NCBI RefSeq assembly: GCF_001194135.2
Contig: NC_068987.1
Location: forward strand, 19,139,726 to 19,203,725
Source of the DNA: Octopus bimaculoides
Taxonomy: Eukaryota
Direction: 5' to 3'
Length of the DNA: 64,000 nucleotides
The notes beneath the pieces are model-generated. The model was not told where the DNA came from. It was given only the letters and a program-made list of their open reading frames with translations, and did no database searches. The position numbers were made by a program, and so were the translations under genes. This document shows positions 1 to 13,100 of the stretch, piece after piece (position 1 is the stretch's first letter; each line of letters opens with the position of its first letter).

Positions 1-334
1 GTGACTCTTGCCATGTCCATAAACAAATCTCAGGGTCAAACACTGTCTGTAGCTGGTCTTCTCTTGGAAGAGCCCTGCTTCTCACATGGACAACTGTATG
101 TTGGCTGCTCAAGAGTGGGCAGCAAAAAAAACCTATTTCTATATGCTCCACAAGGGAAAACAAGGAACATTGTTTACAACGAGGTGTTATAATCACAACA
201 GCAAGAAAGTATGTACATATATATATACGTGTGTGTATATACATCTCTATATATAAAGATGATGCGTAGTCTAGACGGCGTTTTTAGATTTCATTATTCT
301 CTTTAACCCGGGCAACGCCGGGTATTTCTGCTAG
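1..334 (+). mobile_element. 3' end of a Helitron: C-terminus of Rep-Hel PIF1-like helicase (1..192), subterminal hairpin and CTAG terminus
   Basis: AMSINKSQGQTL...FSHGQLYVGCSRV are PIF1 helicase motifs V and VI. Hairpin ACCCGG-gcaacg-CCGGGT at 306-323; CTAG at 331-334 followed by T. Confidence 0.92.
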
Positions 335-463
335 TCTTTAATAAAATGAGAGTAAGAAATGAATAGGAGAAGGAGAGAGATTCTGGTAGGTTTGAACTCA
401 GAGAAAGCACAAAAGCAGCTGCAAAGCAGCCTGAAAGAATTTTTTTAAAGAAAATCAACATAC

Positions 464-635
464 TGCGTTCAGGGAATGCATAAGTTTGGCCTGGAATAAA
501 TTCTGGAACATCTGGGTGAAGGTTACTTTTGGGAGGCAAAACTGGTGCCGAGACAGGCCATTTTGACGGACCTTCTTTAGGTCGAACAGCATTCAAATCT
601 ACAGAGTATTCAACTGAATCACTGTCTTGAAGTGC
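464..635 (-). CDS. LARP1: LARP1 exon with end of La motif and PAM2 (ALQDSDSVEYS...KWPV...SNLHPDVPEFIPG...)
   Basis: Acceptor ttttccttactacag, donor CGCA|gtatgt; 172 nt; PAM2-like LxPxxPEFxP. Confidence 0.93.
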
Positions 636-3600
636 CTGTAGTAAGGAAAAGATGACGGAATTAAAAATTATTTATATAAATAACTGAAGAAATAATAACA
701 GCAACTCTCAAAAGCAATGCAACTGTTTGCAGTTCTGAGCATATGTTGCAATGCGAGAGCAAATTATTAATCTCACAAATAACTGTTGTGGGGAAACAGA
801 AGAAACTTGCCAGAGAAATATCCTTCCTAAATTCAGTCCAATCTTACATTGGGGGGAAATAACGGCCAAAAAAACCTACATTAGGAAAGAAAAGCTCCCA
901 CTGGGCAAAATTATACAACTTTCAATCAAAGAAATAATTTGAATTTATAAATAATTTTTTTTAAATGTCTTAATTTTCATCCCTCCGCCCCATTTTATTT
1001 ACCTGTAAGGTAAATGACAAATTCTACATAATGAAATTAGTGATTTATTTATGTGTGTGCATATTTATGCATACAAGTAGTGTGCACTGATTTATTTGCA
1101 TTTTGTAGTTTTTGTCAAAGGTTTTGGTAAATTCCAATATTTTATGGTATTTTACCTTTTGGGGCTCACTTGCTTTAAAGTGACTCCTCAAAGACAGTGG
1201 AAACCCAATAATGAGCACAATATTTCTGTACTACATATCTGTTATATATCCTAGCTGACTATTGGCTAATATTTCTTTGTAAGGTAATATTTAAACAAAA
1301 TTAAATTTTACATCCCACCAAATTTACTTCTGAGTTGTAGCTGAAGCTGATGGATAGTTTTTGACTTGGAGCCGGCAATTAACTTTTTTTAAATCCACAA
1401 TGGAGTTGATTAATTACTGGCCTAAAATACTAAACTCCAGGCCTTTATCAAAATGTCACATTGATATTATCAGAATCAGAACTAATCGGATCTAAACTTT
1501 CCACCTTCACTGAATTATCAGACAGGAAGCAAATTCGAAACATACCTCAATAATAACATCCATAACTTTAGTGGCGTTGGCAATTCGCCGGAACGTTGAG
1601 ATGAGCGTTAAAGGAATCCATCCGTCCTGATCCATGTTCTGCCGTAGGAAATAATCCCGGTTCAAGTTATCTTCTGACAAATAGTACTCTCTGAAAATAA
1701 AAAAGATGCAAAATAGAAATACAAAGATATATATATATATATCATCATTTAACATCAGTCTTCCAGATAGATACACACATGCTTGTATCATGGTAATTCC
1801 AAAATTATAACTCTGACAAAAATCTGACTAAAACGTCTATTTCATTTCATGGCATAACAGCACACACAATTCAGTATCCTTTTCCAGACTAATACTTGCT
1901 TGTGCAGACAGTCAATAATTATAATCAGTTACTAACACCTATTTTAAAGGTTATGAATTCTTCAGTCAATATTATAATATAAACAGTGTAACACAAAACA
2001 CTTGGTTGAATCTTCGGTCAATATTCCATTATAATTAATGTAACACAGATTCCAAGTCGAAAGCAATGGATTGGGGAGAAAATATTAATCCTTTAACATT
2101 CAAATTATTCTGTTAAATGTAAAGCTTATGTATTCACACTATTTTAAATTAATCAGAATTATTTCATGGGTTTGAGATTTCAATGATGTGGTTGTTTATT
2201 TTTAAAATGACACTGTAAGGTAGCTATGAAAGACCATATCTGTCTAGTTTTAAGAGAAAACAGGTAGAATAATATTTGGCCCAGATATGGCTGGTTTAAA
2301 CAATAAAGGGTTAAATAATAATTTAGAAGTAAAGTAGATGAAAAAGGAAATGGAAAGAACTTACATTTGACTTTTGATGAATTCTTTCACTTGTGCGTTG
2401 TCATAAGACTGAATGCCATAGTACATGGTCCCATTGAAATAGGCTGTTGGATCATATTGGTAAGGATCATGCAGAGAAAACCCTAGTGAAAGGGTTAAAG
2501 GGAGAAACATTAGAGTAATGACTATATAATAAAAAAATAAGAGCTAAAATCAAGGAAACATAGAGCCAATAATAGTAGCTCAATGTCAATGATTCCCAAC
2601 CTTTTATCATTATGACCCAGTTTAATTAATCAACAATTGTCCACGACACCACCTTTCTTAAAAATATCCCAATTAAATACAATTAATGTGATTATTTGGG
2701 AGAATGTGTATTTTTTTAAAAAAAATTTTAAGTAAATATGCCTTTGAATGTATTTACGAACATTTGATGTTTTATAAAATGTTTCACAAGTACAAAATTT
2801 TATCATCACAACCCTTACATTGACTCAACCCAAATGTTTGGGAACAGCTGCTCTACATGGTCACACAACCTGTATAAACTAGCAGCTAAGTCACCCTTAA
2901 ATCTACCCTCCCAGCGTATAAAATAGCACATTGCATAACATGGTCTTGGGTTTTGGAAAACATGATGGCCATAGCTTGAATACTTTTGATAATAGGTCTG
3001 CTTGACCAGGGCTAACCTGCAAATAAACAACAGCATGGTGTCTATGCTTAGTTCCATGCAAAGTTGAATGAAAGACAATTCAGTCAACATTGTGATCTCT
3101 CGGTCAATAGATCTCCTAGTTCTTGTTCAATGATAGATTAAAATCAAATCAACAGAGGACAGGAAACGTTTAGGAAATGGAAAAATTAAAGCCTGAAGGT
3201 AATAAAACATTTCATGAGAGGCACAGAAATGTGTGAATTCACCTATAAACTAGGTAAATAATGGAACGAGATAGGTGACAGTATGGATTCTCTGTGGTAT
3301 TAAAAGATGCATGATTTAATAAACACACTCACACATACATACATGCATGCACACATACATAGATGAAGAACACAAACCCCTTCCACGTCCTCGTCCACTT
3401 CCGCCAGCACCACGACCACGGCCCCTTCCTCGACGTCCGCCACGGTAAGATCTTTGCATTTCTTTTGGGCTGAGTGGTGCCATACCGTCTCTCCAGTTGC
3501 CAGACTCTGGGACTGAAAAAAGTATAAAACATTAATAATAATAATAATAAAGAATGCTCCTCTCCCCTGAATATGTCAATAAAATATTTGTAATATCAAA

Positions 3601-6600
3601 TTTCCTTAATATGCTCTAAAAATTAATCAGTGGAGATTGTGACAAGCATGCAAGCACTTCAAGCTGTTAACAATGAAGGATGCCATGACACAGTTGGCTG
3701 GCATGCTAGAAATAGCAGTTATAGTCTTAGTAAAAAAAAAAAAAATTACAGGTACATTCTCCAGAAGAAAAGCAGTATGGTCACAACTGAAACAGAGGGT
3801 CTATTCAACTAGAGATGACCGGAAGCTAAATGTGAGAACCTAAGTTGCATTGACTGTAAATCAAGACTGTCTTGTGGAAGTATATCTTTCTAAAGACACT
3901 ACCAACTGCATTACACCAACAAATAGCTTCCTTTTACAATAACTAAGTCCAGTTTCTGAAAAGGTACTTATTTTACAGGCTCTAAATTGAAACACTGAAC
4001 CAGATACCTACTGAATTTTTAAATCATTCAGATAATAAAAATAAAGAAATATGTAAGTATATCAAATGCTTACCTTTGGAGCCAGGTTCTGTTTTTTTCA
4101 ACTTATCTCCCATCGGTCTACGAGGAATTGATGCAGTTGATGCACCTCCTCTGCGGCCTTGGCTACGACTGCGTCTGTTACCGTGAACTTTGGGTGGCTC
4201 TATTTCCAGTGGAACCCATTTCTGTCGGCATCCTGCATAAAAATATTTTTGTTAAAACAGAATGATGGAATAAAGCTTGTAGTAAGCTAACTTCAGAACC
4301 TTATAGACACAAGAGTTACCAACTCATCTTTTAGGAACTTTGTTCTTACATCAGTCTTTCATTTGGCCCTAGTCTAACTCCTATATATACGAAAGGATGC
4401 AGAAAAGTTCCTAGCTTTTGTAGTATCACAAAAGCCTGGCTGGAGGTCCAGCCTTCAGAGTTCGTTTACAGAGCTTACAAAAACTGAAGGACCACTGCAA
4501 TAAGTGTGTCAATCTGAGAGGGGAATATGTTGAAAAACACAATTAACTGATCCTCCCATTTGTTTCTTTTACCCAAAACCAGGAACTTTTCACCAACTCC
4601 TTGTGTATGTGTTTGAGTGTATACACACACACAAACACTGCTGTACTTTTTCATTCATTTATTAGAGATAAAATTATCCAATTCCTTTTCCTCTTTTTTC
4701 CTTGATTAAAAATTCATTGTTGAAAAGCTGGGCAAACAAAAAATGGCGTTAGGTGGAACAACTTGAAATAGAAATTTGGAATTATCATGAAGTAAATTAC
4801 CTATATTGGGACTTTCAGTTAAAACAGTTGTACAAACCTTTCTTTTTAGCGCCCTTATTTGCATCTTCTGCAACTGCACCATTCTCCTTATTCTCTTTGG
4901 CACTGTCATCTCCTCCAGAGTCATTCTGGCCATTTGATGATGGTACAGGAGAGTGTGTGTTGTTAGAGGATCGTGCTGATTTTTTTGTAACTTGAAGCTG
5001 TAAAACATTTAAGAAAATGCTATCTTATCTGAACACAGTAAACTATATGTGTCACAATGTATGGATTCAAGTAATCTGGTAGTACTCAAATAAAAAAGCT
5101 CCTTAATGCATCATTCTATAAAACATAGAATATATAGCATGATACAAAAGAAAACGATAACGAATATATAAAGTCATAAATGATGTAGCTTAAATTCTGC
5201 ATTATTTTGAAGGATTTTTTACATTTTGCAATAATGCAGGCATGTAAATTATTTATTTATTATCAAATATAATAATTTAATGAATCTGATGGTGAAGCAA
5301 TTATGACAAATTCAGACTAAAATGGTGGAAAGAAGTACAAGGCTGGGAAAGGTTTACACTCAAAAGATAGGGGATGAGATTTTGAACCAAGAGATTAAAA
5401 AAAAGAAAAGCATTGAAGAGGAGAAAGAAAAGAAAAACAACAAAAAACCCAACTTACATCAGTTACTTCACTTAAAGCAGGCCAATTGTCATCATGAAAG
5501 CCATTAGAACCATCCATATCTGTAGTCGCTGCCAGTGTTGGTGTGAGGCGAGACTGGAAATAAATAAATAAATCTTACTAAGTAATGGAATTAAAGAGAA
5601 ATGTAAAAGGGGTAGAGCATTTTGGTTATTCAGTAGAAATTCAGTCAATCATTTCTCTTAACCCTGTTTCCCATTGAGCTATTTTAAATAAGATAACTCT
5701 TTAAATATTGTTTTATTTATCAACATGATGGTTATATTCAAGGTTTCTTTTGTTATTTTTTCATCACAAACACCCCTAACCCTGACAATAAGAGAACAAG
5801 ATCTACCTTCAGTTCGATGCTTAAGAAGACAGTACATTGGCTTTTAGTAATCAGTCCAGCAATTTAGCCTTCCACCAAAGCTTTGTAAGAAGGTAAAAGA
5901 AAATCTCCAAAATATACATATCTATTAATAAGGGTGGTGCTCCAGCACGGCCATAGTCAGGTGATTGAAACCTGTACAAACATACATCAGTGGATGAACA
6001 AAATATTCCGCAGCATTTGGCTGCAGGCCAAGTTCAAATCCTATCCAAGTTGACTTTTTTTTTATTAATTCCCCCTTCCTAGGTCATTAAAATAACACCA
6101 ATCTACAAGAAATGAGATTGATTAAACCTCTTTTGACCTTGAAGGTGGTGGGCCAGCATTACCACAATTATCCTTTTTGAAAAAAATGTAATGAGATGTT
6201 GTGATACTACCAGCAGAATCAGCTAAATTAAAGTGATTTCAATCAAGCTTTCAGACCAGACAATAGATTGTATTATGAATAGTTGCAGGCATTAGCTAAG
6301 ATGTTAAGAAGTTTGCACCCCAGCATGTTTTCAGGTTTAGTCCCATTGCCTAGGTTGGCCAAAGACTTTTGAGGTGACTTGGTAGATGGAAGCTGCGACA
6401 AGCCCACAGTATACATATATCATAAGTGATTTTGTGAATGTGCACATATGTTTACATTTGTACACTTCTAAAAAATTGCTGAGTTGCAAATCAGTAGCAT
6501 TGCTGTGTAAAATAAGAGCTCCATTACATGAAAAATAAGTAGTGGTTAGCGACAGAAAAGGCATCCAGTTGTAAAGCAATGCCTCAATAAGATGGTCTAA

Positions 6601-9600
6601 CACACGCTAGCTTGGAAAAATGAATATAAAAAAGCAAACACACTAATCACTACCAACGTAACCCACCACATAACAAATATGCAAAAAAAAAACAGAACCA
6701 AACAAACACAAGCCAATGAGAGAGTCTCTGCATGGTTGCATCATCCATTGTCATCATTTAACACCCATTTTTCAATGCTGCATGGTTCAGACAGAATTTT
6801 GTTGAGGCAGATTTTCTATAATTGGATGCCTTTCCTGTTGCCAATCTCCACCTATTACAAAGCAAGGTGATATTTCACCATGAACAAATATGCTTTCCAT
6901 GGAAGACTGGAAACTAACATCACTTGCACAATGTCGATGCTCATTCTTCTACCATGATGAGGGTAGATACACACACCTATAGGACAAATGGGCAACAAGT
7001 CCGTTGCAGTTAACACTTGGATGCTGTTAATATACATTTTCAGCTGAGCGAACTGAAACAAAGTGAAATGATGTGCCCTGTACAGAGATGGTGCATTGTC
7101 TAGTCCTAAAAGTTTTGGATCATCGAGGTTCAGCCTGCAATAGATAGCCAGTTAACAGTAGTTTTACACTGAAGTAAAGTAACCCACTTACCTTGGGCAC
7201 ATCTACTTTCTTATCTTGTGTAATTTTAATAACTTTTGTTTCTAAAAAAGGAAAAAGAAAAAAACAATTTAGTAAATTTTTAACAACAAAACATCTTCAC
7301 AAACATAACATTTTTTTTTTAGGCATGGAAAAACATTAACAACAGCATTGTAATCTGTGATCCAGTAGATCCAGTTAAGACAAGGTCCATGTATGACCAG
7401 CTGATTAAATACATCCATAAAAACATGAAAAGCACAGTTACAGTGTTAAAGGCAGCACATCAGAGATGCCATCAACACTTGCAGGTATATTCTATGGAGA
7501 GGTAGTGACTGGAAGAAGAGTAACAGGCTGACCCATCTCCATTATAAAGATTTCTACAAGAGAGGCACAAAGATTTTTGACATGAACACGAATTGCTGAA
7601 AGGCTGTTGCAGCTAACAACATGAAGTAGAAACACGTTCCACCAACACCTCAAGTTAGGGTAACAGAAACTGACAGACATTGCAGTAAGCAAAGAAGGCT
7701 CACAGAAGGCTACAACATAGGTACACCTGAAACCATATACAAATAACCATGGTCAGCCCTGCCTAAGGGGGCCTAAATAAGGCAACAAACAAGGTATCAC
7801 CTGCACAGTAATCAAACATGTTAGAAATAGCTAAATATCCCCAAGACTACAGCCTACTGTCCTAACACTGCTCTAAAAAAATATAAAAAGAGGAAGGTAA
7901 ATGTAGTCTCAAATATACTGTGGCTGAATGAAAATATAAGATCACAACTGTTTAATTAGAACTGACCTGGGACTATAACACAAAACACACACCATATTGA
8001 AGACTATATAAAATATTTGTGCAAAATGGCTAGGAACATGGTATTTTTTAATGAAACAAAAACACGAAGGATTTCAAAATGTATATAAAAACTCACATGC
8101 TAACAGCTGATGAAATACAAATTAAAACTATGCCTATCACAAAAGTATATGATACAAAGGAAAATAAAAGTGGACTAAATACAAAAACAGCTGATGGCTT
8201 CCCACTATCGATGTTTCTATCAGCATACTAAGAAAATACATGAAAAAAGAAAGTCTATCAGCAGGGCACCTGTTATATATTTATATCCTAAGAGTATATA
8301 CAAGAGCAAGTATGATTGAGTGGTCTAAAAGATTGCTTCACAACCATATGGTTTCAAGTTTAATTCTACGTGACACCTTGGGTGTCTTCTTTGCAAGTTG
8401 GCCAATGCATTGTTAGTGGTATTCAGTAAATAAAAAACTAAAAGGAAATCTGTTACACAGAAACACATACAGAAAGAGAAGGGAGGATAGATATGTATGT
8501 ATGTGTGAAACAATGAAACCAGTGACATTTATGTCCAATAGTTTGTACATGTAAAAACCAGTAGAAAAAATACCTTACAGGGAAGGGGAAATGCTAATAT
8601 CAAAACAAAGGGACATCCAGCCATGGAGTACTGCTTCAAGAAGTAATCTCATCTAACCCATGCCAGCATGGAAAAGCAGAGTGCCACAACCAAAAGTCCT
8701 TGTTGTTAAAATACCAAAACACACACTATGGCTGCAATGGCTCTACTGTATAAGGAACATAATGCTGGATTACCGATGAAGTAGTCAGACCAGCTGCCAT
8801 ATACTTTGCTCTGGGTAAGGTACTGAAATTTTATGTTATCTCAGATCATTCAGCTGTTTTGTATAAGGGGAGAATTCTTCTTGAGTTACATAGCCTAACT
8901 GAAACCTAATATTGATCAAATTCCTTTGGATCTTTGAGATTCAAGAAAGAGTTAACTAGCAAGGGGGATGTTACAAGAAAGAGGAGTATATTATGCATAC
9001 ATGCAATGCATAAGCATGATGCATATATTGGCGATATGAGGTAACCCAGGCAGAGCAAAATGTGAGGATATAATATTTCAGGATTCTGATCATGAAGAAT
9101 TGTATGGATGGAAAAATATGCATTACAATAGACACACAGTGTTGAAAAGTAAGAAAACAAAAACCAAAAAACATTAAAACAATGATTATGGAAGTGCCAC
9201 TGAGACATAGCTAGTGTTATGAATACAGCATACAATTTTTCTTTAATATCCAAACACCACCAAAACAACTGTTTCGACAGAACTACTTTAGTTTGATCAT
9301 TTTAACACACCAATAAAGCAATCTGCAGGCAGAAAATATAAATCAAACAAATATGACATGTAAAACAAGTTCCTGTTTACACAGATATTTTTACATGCAT
9401 GTATTTTTATTAGGACCAACTCGACCAACAACTACCTTCATTCTAAAATGAAATCAATTCTACATTACTGATATTTATTAGCGGCACAGCTATAGCTGTG
9501 TAGTAAGAAATTGCTTCTTTGCATGGGTTTTTGGTTTTGGCACCTTGGGCGAGTGTCTCTTACTATAGCTCCCTGCTGACCAAAGCCTTGTGAATGAATT

Positions 9601-10065
9601 TGGTAGATGGAAACCAAGATGCCCATTGCACATGTGTGTGTGTGTTACTGCTCCATGTGATAGTTGCAAAGAAATGACACTATGGTGCAAGCAGCGTTCT
9701 TTGCTTACCTTCTGTAAAAACCTGTCAGGTTGGTGGGGCTGGGGAATATTACCTTGCTTGGAAACAGGTTCAGAGCTGGCAACCAGAAAAATCCATCTGA
9801 CCCATGCCAGCAAGGATAAGTGAACGTTAAAAGATGCTGCTGCTGCTGATGATGGTGACAGATCAGAATTGATAAATATACTAGTAATAAACTAAGGCCA
9901 ACTCAGCCACTCTCCACATGCAAAACTATTTTCTGCCTAGTCATAAATCAATTATTGCTATGAATTGACGCAATGATGTAATGATTAAGACAACACCTGG
10001 CACTAAGTTTCATACATGTTTGTGTTTAGCTGCAAGAGATTTTGTTTTGACCTTGGGCAAGATGT

Positions 10066-10105
<40 letters not shown>

Positions 10106-13100
10106 ACACGTAGGAATATAAGGTCTTTGAGACTGGTGAGTGGGGGTGAGGGAGGAATGTACTCTCAAACCATAGACTTGGCTTGAATGCTTAGAAGCTT
10201 ACGAAATGGTGGGCTTTGCCAAAGCCAACCAAGGTGCTTGGTGGTGGTGTTAAACAAGGCAACCTATTACCCAAGTAAGTCATGGGGTAGAATTTTAACC
10301 CAGAACAAATACCACAAGGTACTCAACCTGACATTCTCACAGTTCTGTCAATTCACTACCCCAGATTAATGTACTTTTTTTTTTTTTTTTTTTTTCAATT
10401 CTGAAAGGACGAAAGGCAAAGTTGACCCTAGAGGGATTTGAACTCTGAGCACATACGGTCAGAACAAATACCACAAAGATTTCTATCCAGCACACTTAAT
10501 GACTGTCTATTCACCAAGTATTATCTCCAATAGTACACCTGCAAATTAGGGGAAAATGCTAAACTGACAGTACTGTCCTATGCCCTTTAAGCTTTTAGTT
10601 TAAATAACATCAAAATAAGTACCACCAATGGTAATAAATTACATCAACTGAACCCTTCCATTACAAATACTGACCTGGTCAAAAGAAGCCATGATTACTA
10701 AGGGATCAACTTTGCCTTTATAAGGGTTAATAATTGATAAAATAAATATGAATCAAGTAAATCCATCTTAAATCGATCAATATCTTTCCAACGGCCCTGG
10801 TTAAATTTTCGCCTGTCTTCAATACCTTCCCCCAGGGGTACAAGTGCCATAACTACTTTCTCACTCCATTAATGGGATAGCCTACAGACACAAATTTAAG
10901 TAGTTCTACTACTACTACTACTACCACTACCACCACCCGTAGATGAGCAAATACGTTTACAATTCACTCATCTTAATGCCCTTGGGAAAGGCATGAATGT
11001 TACACCTTCCTGGACCCTTTTTAAGAAACTGTTACAGAAATACTAATTTAAATATTTCCCAGATACAACTGCCAGTAGTTTTAGGCTACCATATGGCTTA
11101 GTTTATGAACAACAACAAAAATGCAGTGTCAGCATACAATCACAACAGTCCTAGTATGTTCCTATACTGCTATATACATATGTACACAAGGAGAGATTGG
11201 CTATTTCTAGCACATAAAAAATAACAAAGCCTCTTAAATATATAAAGTAAATGCTATGCTATTCTCACCTATTTATTACGTTTTTTTAAATACTGGGAAA
11301 CACCTAATTTGCGTGCGTGCGTGTGTGTGTGTGTGTGTCTCAAATGTGTTATAATAGCCTAGGCAAGGTATGGATAACTAAAAACACAAGCAGCCAAACA
11401 GCCAACATGAACAGCAGCTATTACTGATAGCAGTAGAGTGTGTGTGTGTGTGTGCGTGCGTGCGTGCGTGTGTGAAAAATAATGATCAAACAGCTGCCAC
11501 AAATAGCTTGCAGGTTCCTGTAGGGATATACAAGTAAGGTGTGTGTACATGTGCATAGATGTGAAGATTGAATATGTGTAATTGCTATTGAAATTTAACA
11601 CTTAGTAAGATTTGATTAAACAGGGCATATATTCATTCATACAATATAAACATGTCATTTTGTATTTAAGGACCAGCATTATCTAATGTACCTTGTGAAG
11701 CATGATTTGGGGAAGATTTGAATGTTGTTTTGAACAACCACACAGAGGATCTGCTACTGCTTCACAGAATAGGTTATCAGTCCAGCCGCATGATATCTGT
11801 GAGATGCCCCCACTTTATTATTAGAACCAATTTAAAATAACTGATGCTTGTTATTACTTCCTTCTTTTCCATGTCAGCACGAGTCAGATGGAATTCATTG
11901 AGGTAGATGTCCTTTGTGCAGCAAACCATCACCTGCTTCCAAGCATGGTAATATTTCCCCACTGCCAGACATGCTTTCATAGAAGATTGAAAGTGAAGGA
12001 CATGCTCATATGATAGCCATGCTAATTCACAACTATCATGCAATGTCAAAACAAAGAGATACTAATACACACAACATGTTGCTTTCAGCTCCCATACACT
12101 CACAAGGCTTTGGTCAGCTCAGGGCTATAGATAATAAAGTGGGATAGAACCTGAAACCATGTGGCTGGGAAGCAAATTTTTCAACCACACAGATATGCTA
12201 GTAGCAGTGATAGTAGTTGTACTTGACCCTTTTGATACCAACCTGCATGAGACCACTCATAGTTCTATGCTACAGGCATCCTCTTTGAAAACCATCTCAA
12301 CTGAAACCTTATCAGAACTTCCATGTTAACTTGTTTTCCCAATACCAGTTTAATAATGACAAAATTATTTCATTAAGGTCTTTATTATTTTCAAAACTGA
12401 TTGAAACAAAGGCGGTGCATTTCAATAGAAATATGGTAACAAAAGAGTTAATATTTTATATCACATTTCGTGAACAACAGCATTCTTAATTAGGTTTTCC
12501 AATTAGTCAATCATTAGTTTACTGCAGTTCTTATGGAAAGTGACAAAGGATTGTCAGTGTGCCTTGGGAATATATACCATGCTATTTTTATATTATCCTG
12601 GTCTTTACATGTTTCGCATATCAACATTGACATATACATATATATATACACATATATGCAGAAATCACAATGTAAGTATATCTGAAAGGGTAGTCTTACA
12701 CTGTTGTACCGTTGAATTACAAATAATGCTCATCTGTTATGTTCGGGTTAAAATTTCATCAACATCAAAAATATATGGCCGTTATGCATAGAATATAATT
12801 TCCAAATTTCATAAAGATCCGTTCAGTACTTTTGACGTAGTTTTGGATAAGAAAACAAATGACTAATGTGTGTGTTTGTGTGCATGTGTACGTGTGTGAT
12901 GGGTGTATATATGTATAGATATCTGTATGCATGTATATATATGTATATATGTGTACATATTACATGTACATCTATATATATACATCTACACATATGTATA
13001 CATATACATCTCTCTCTCTCTCTCTCTNNNNNNNNNNNNNNNNNNNNNNNNNNNNNNNNNNNNNNNNNNNNNNNNNNNNNNNNNNNNNNNNNNNNNNNNN

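Noticed and set aside
4706-5008. 100-aa ORF from the track
   Set aside because: It overlaps the real LARP1 exon 4838-4997 in a different frame; splice phases fix the other frame.
5807-5880. Exon-like block with good acceptor and AAG|gtagat donor
   Set aside because: All three frames contain stops, and the needed phase change is supplied by 7192-7241. A poison exon cannot be fully excluded.
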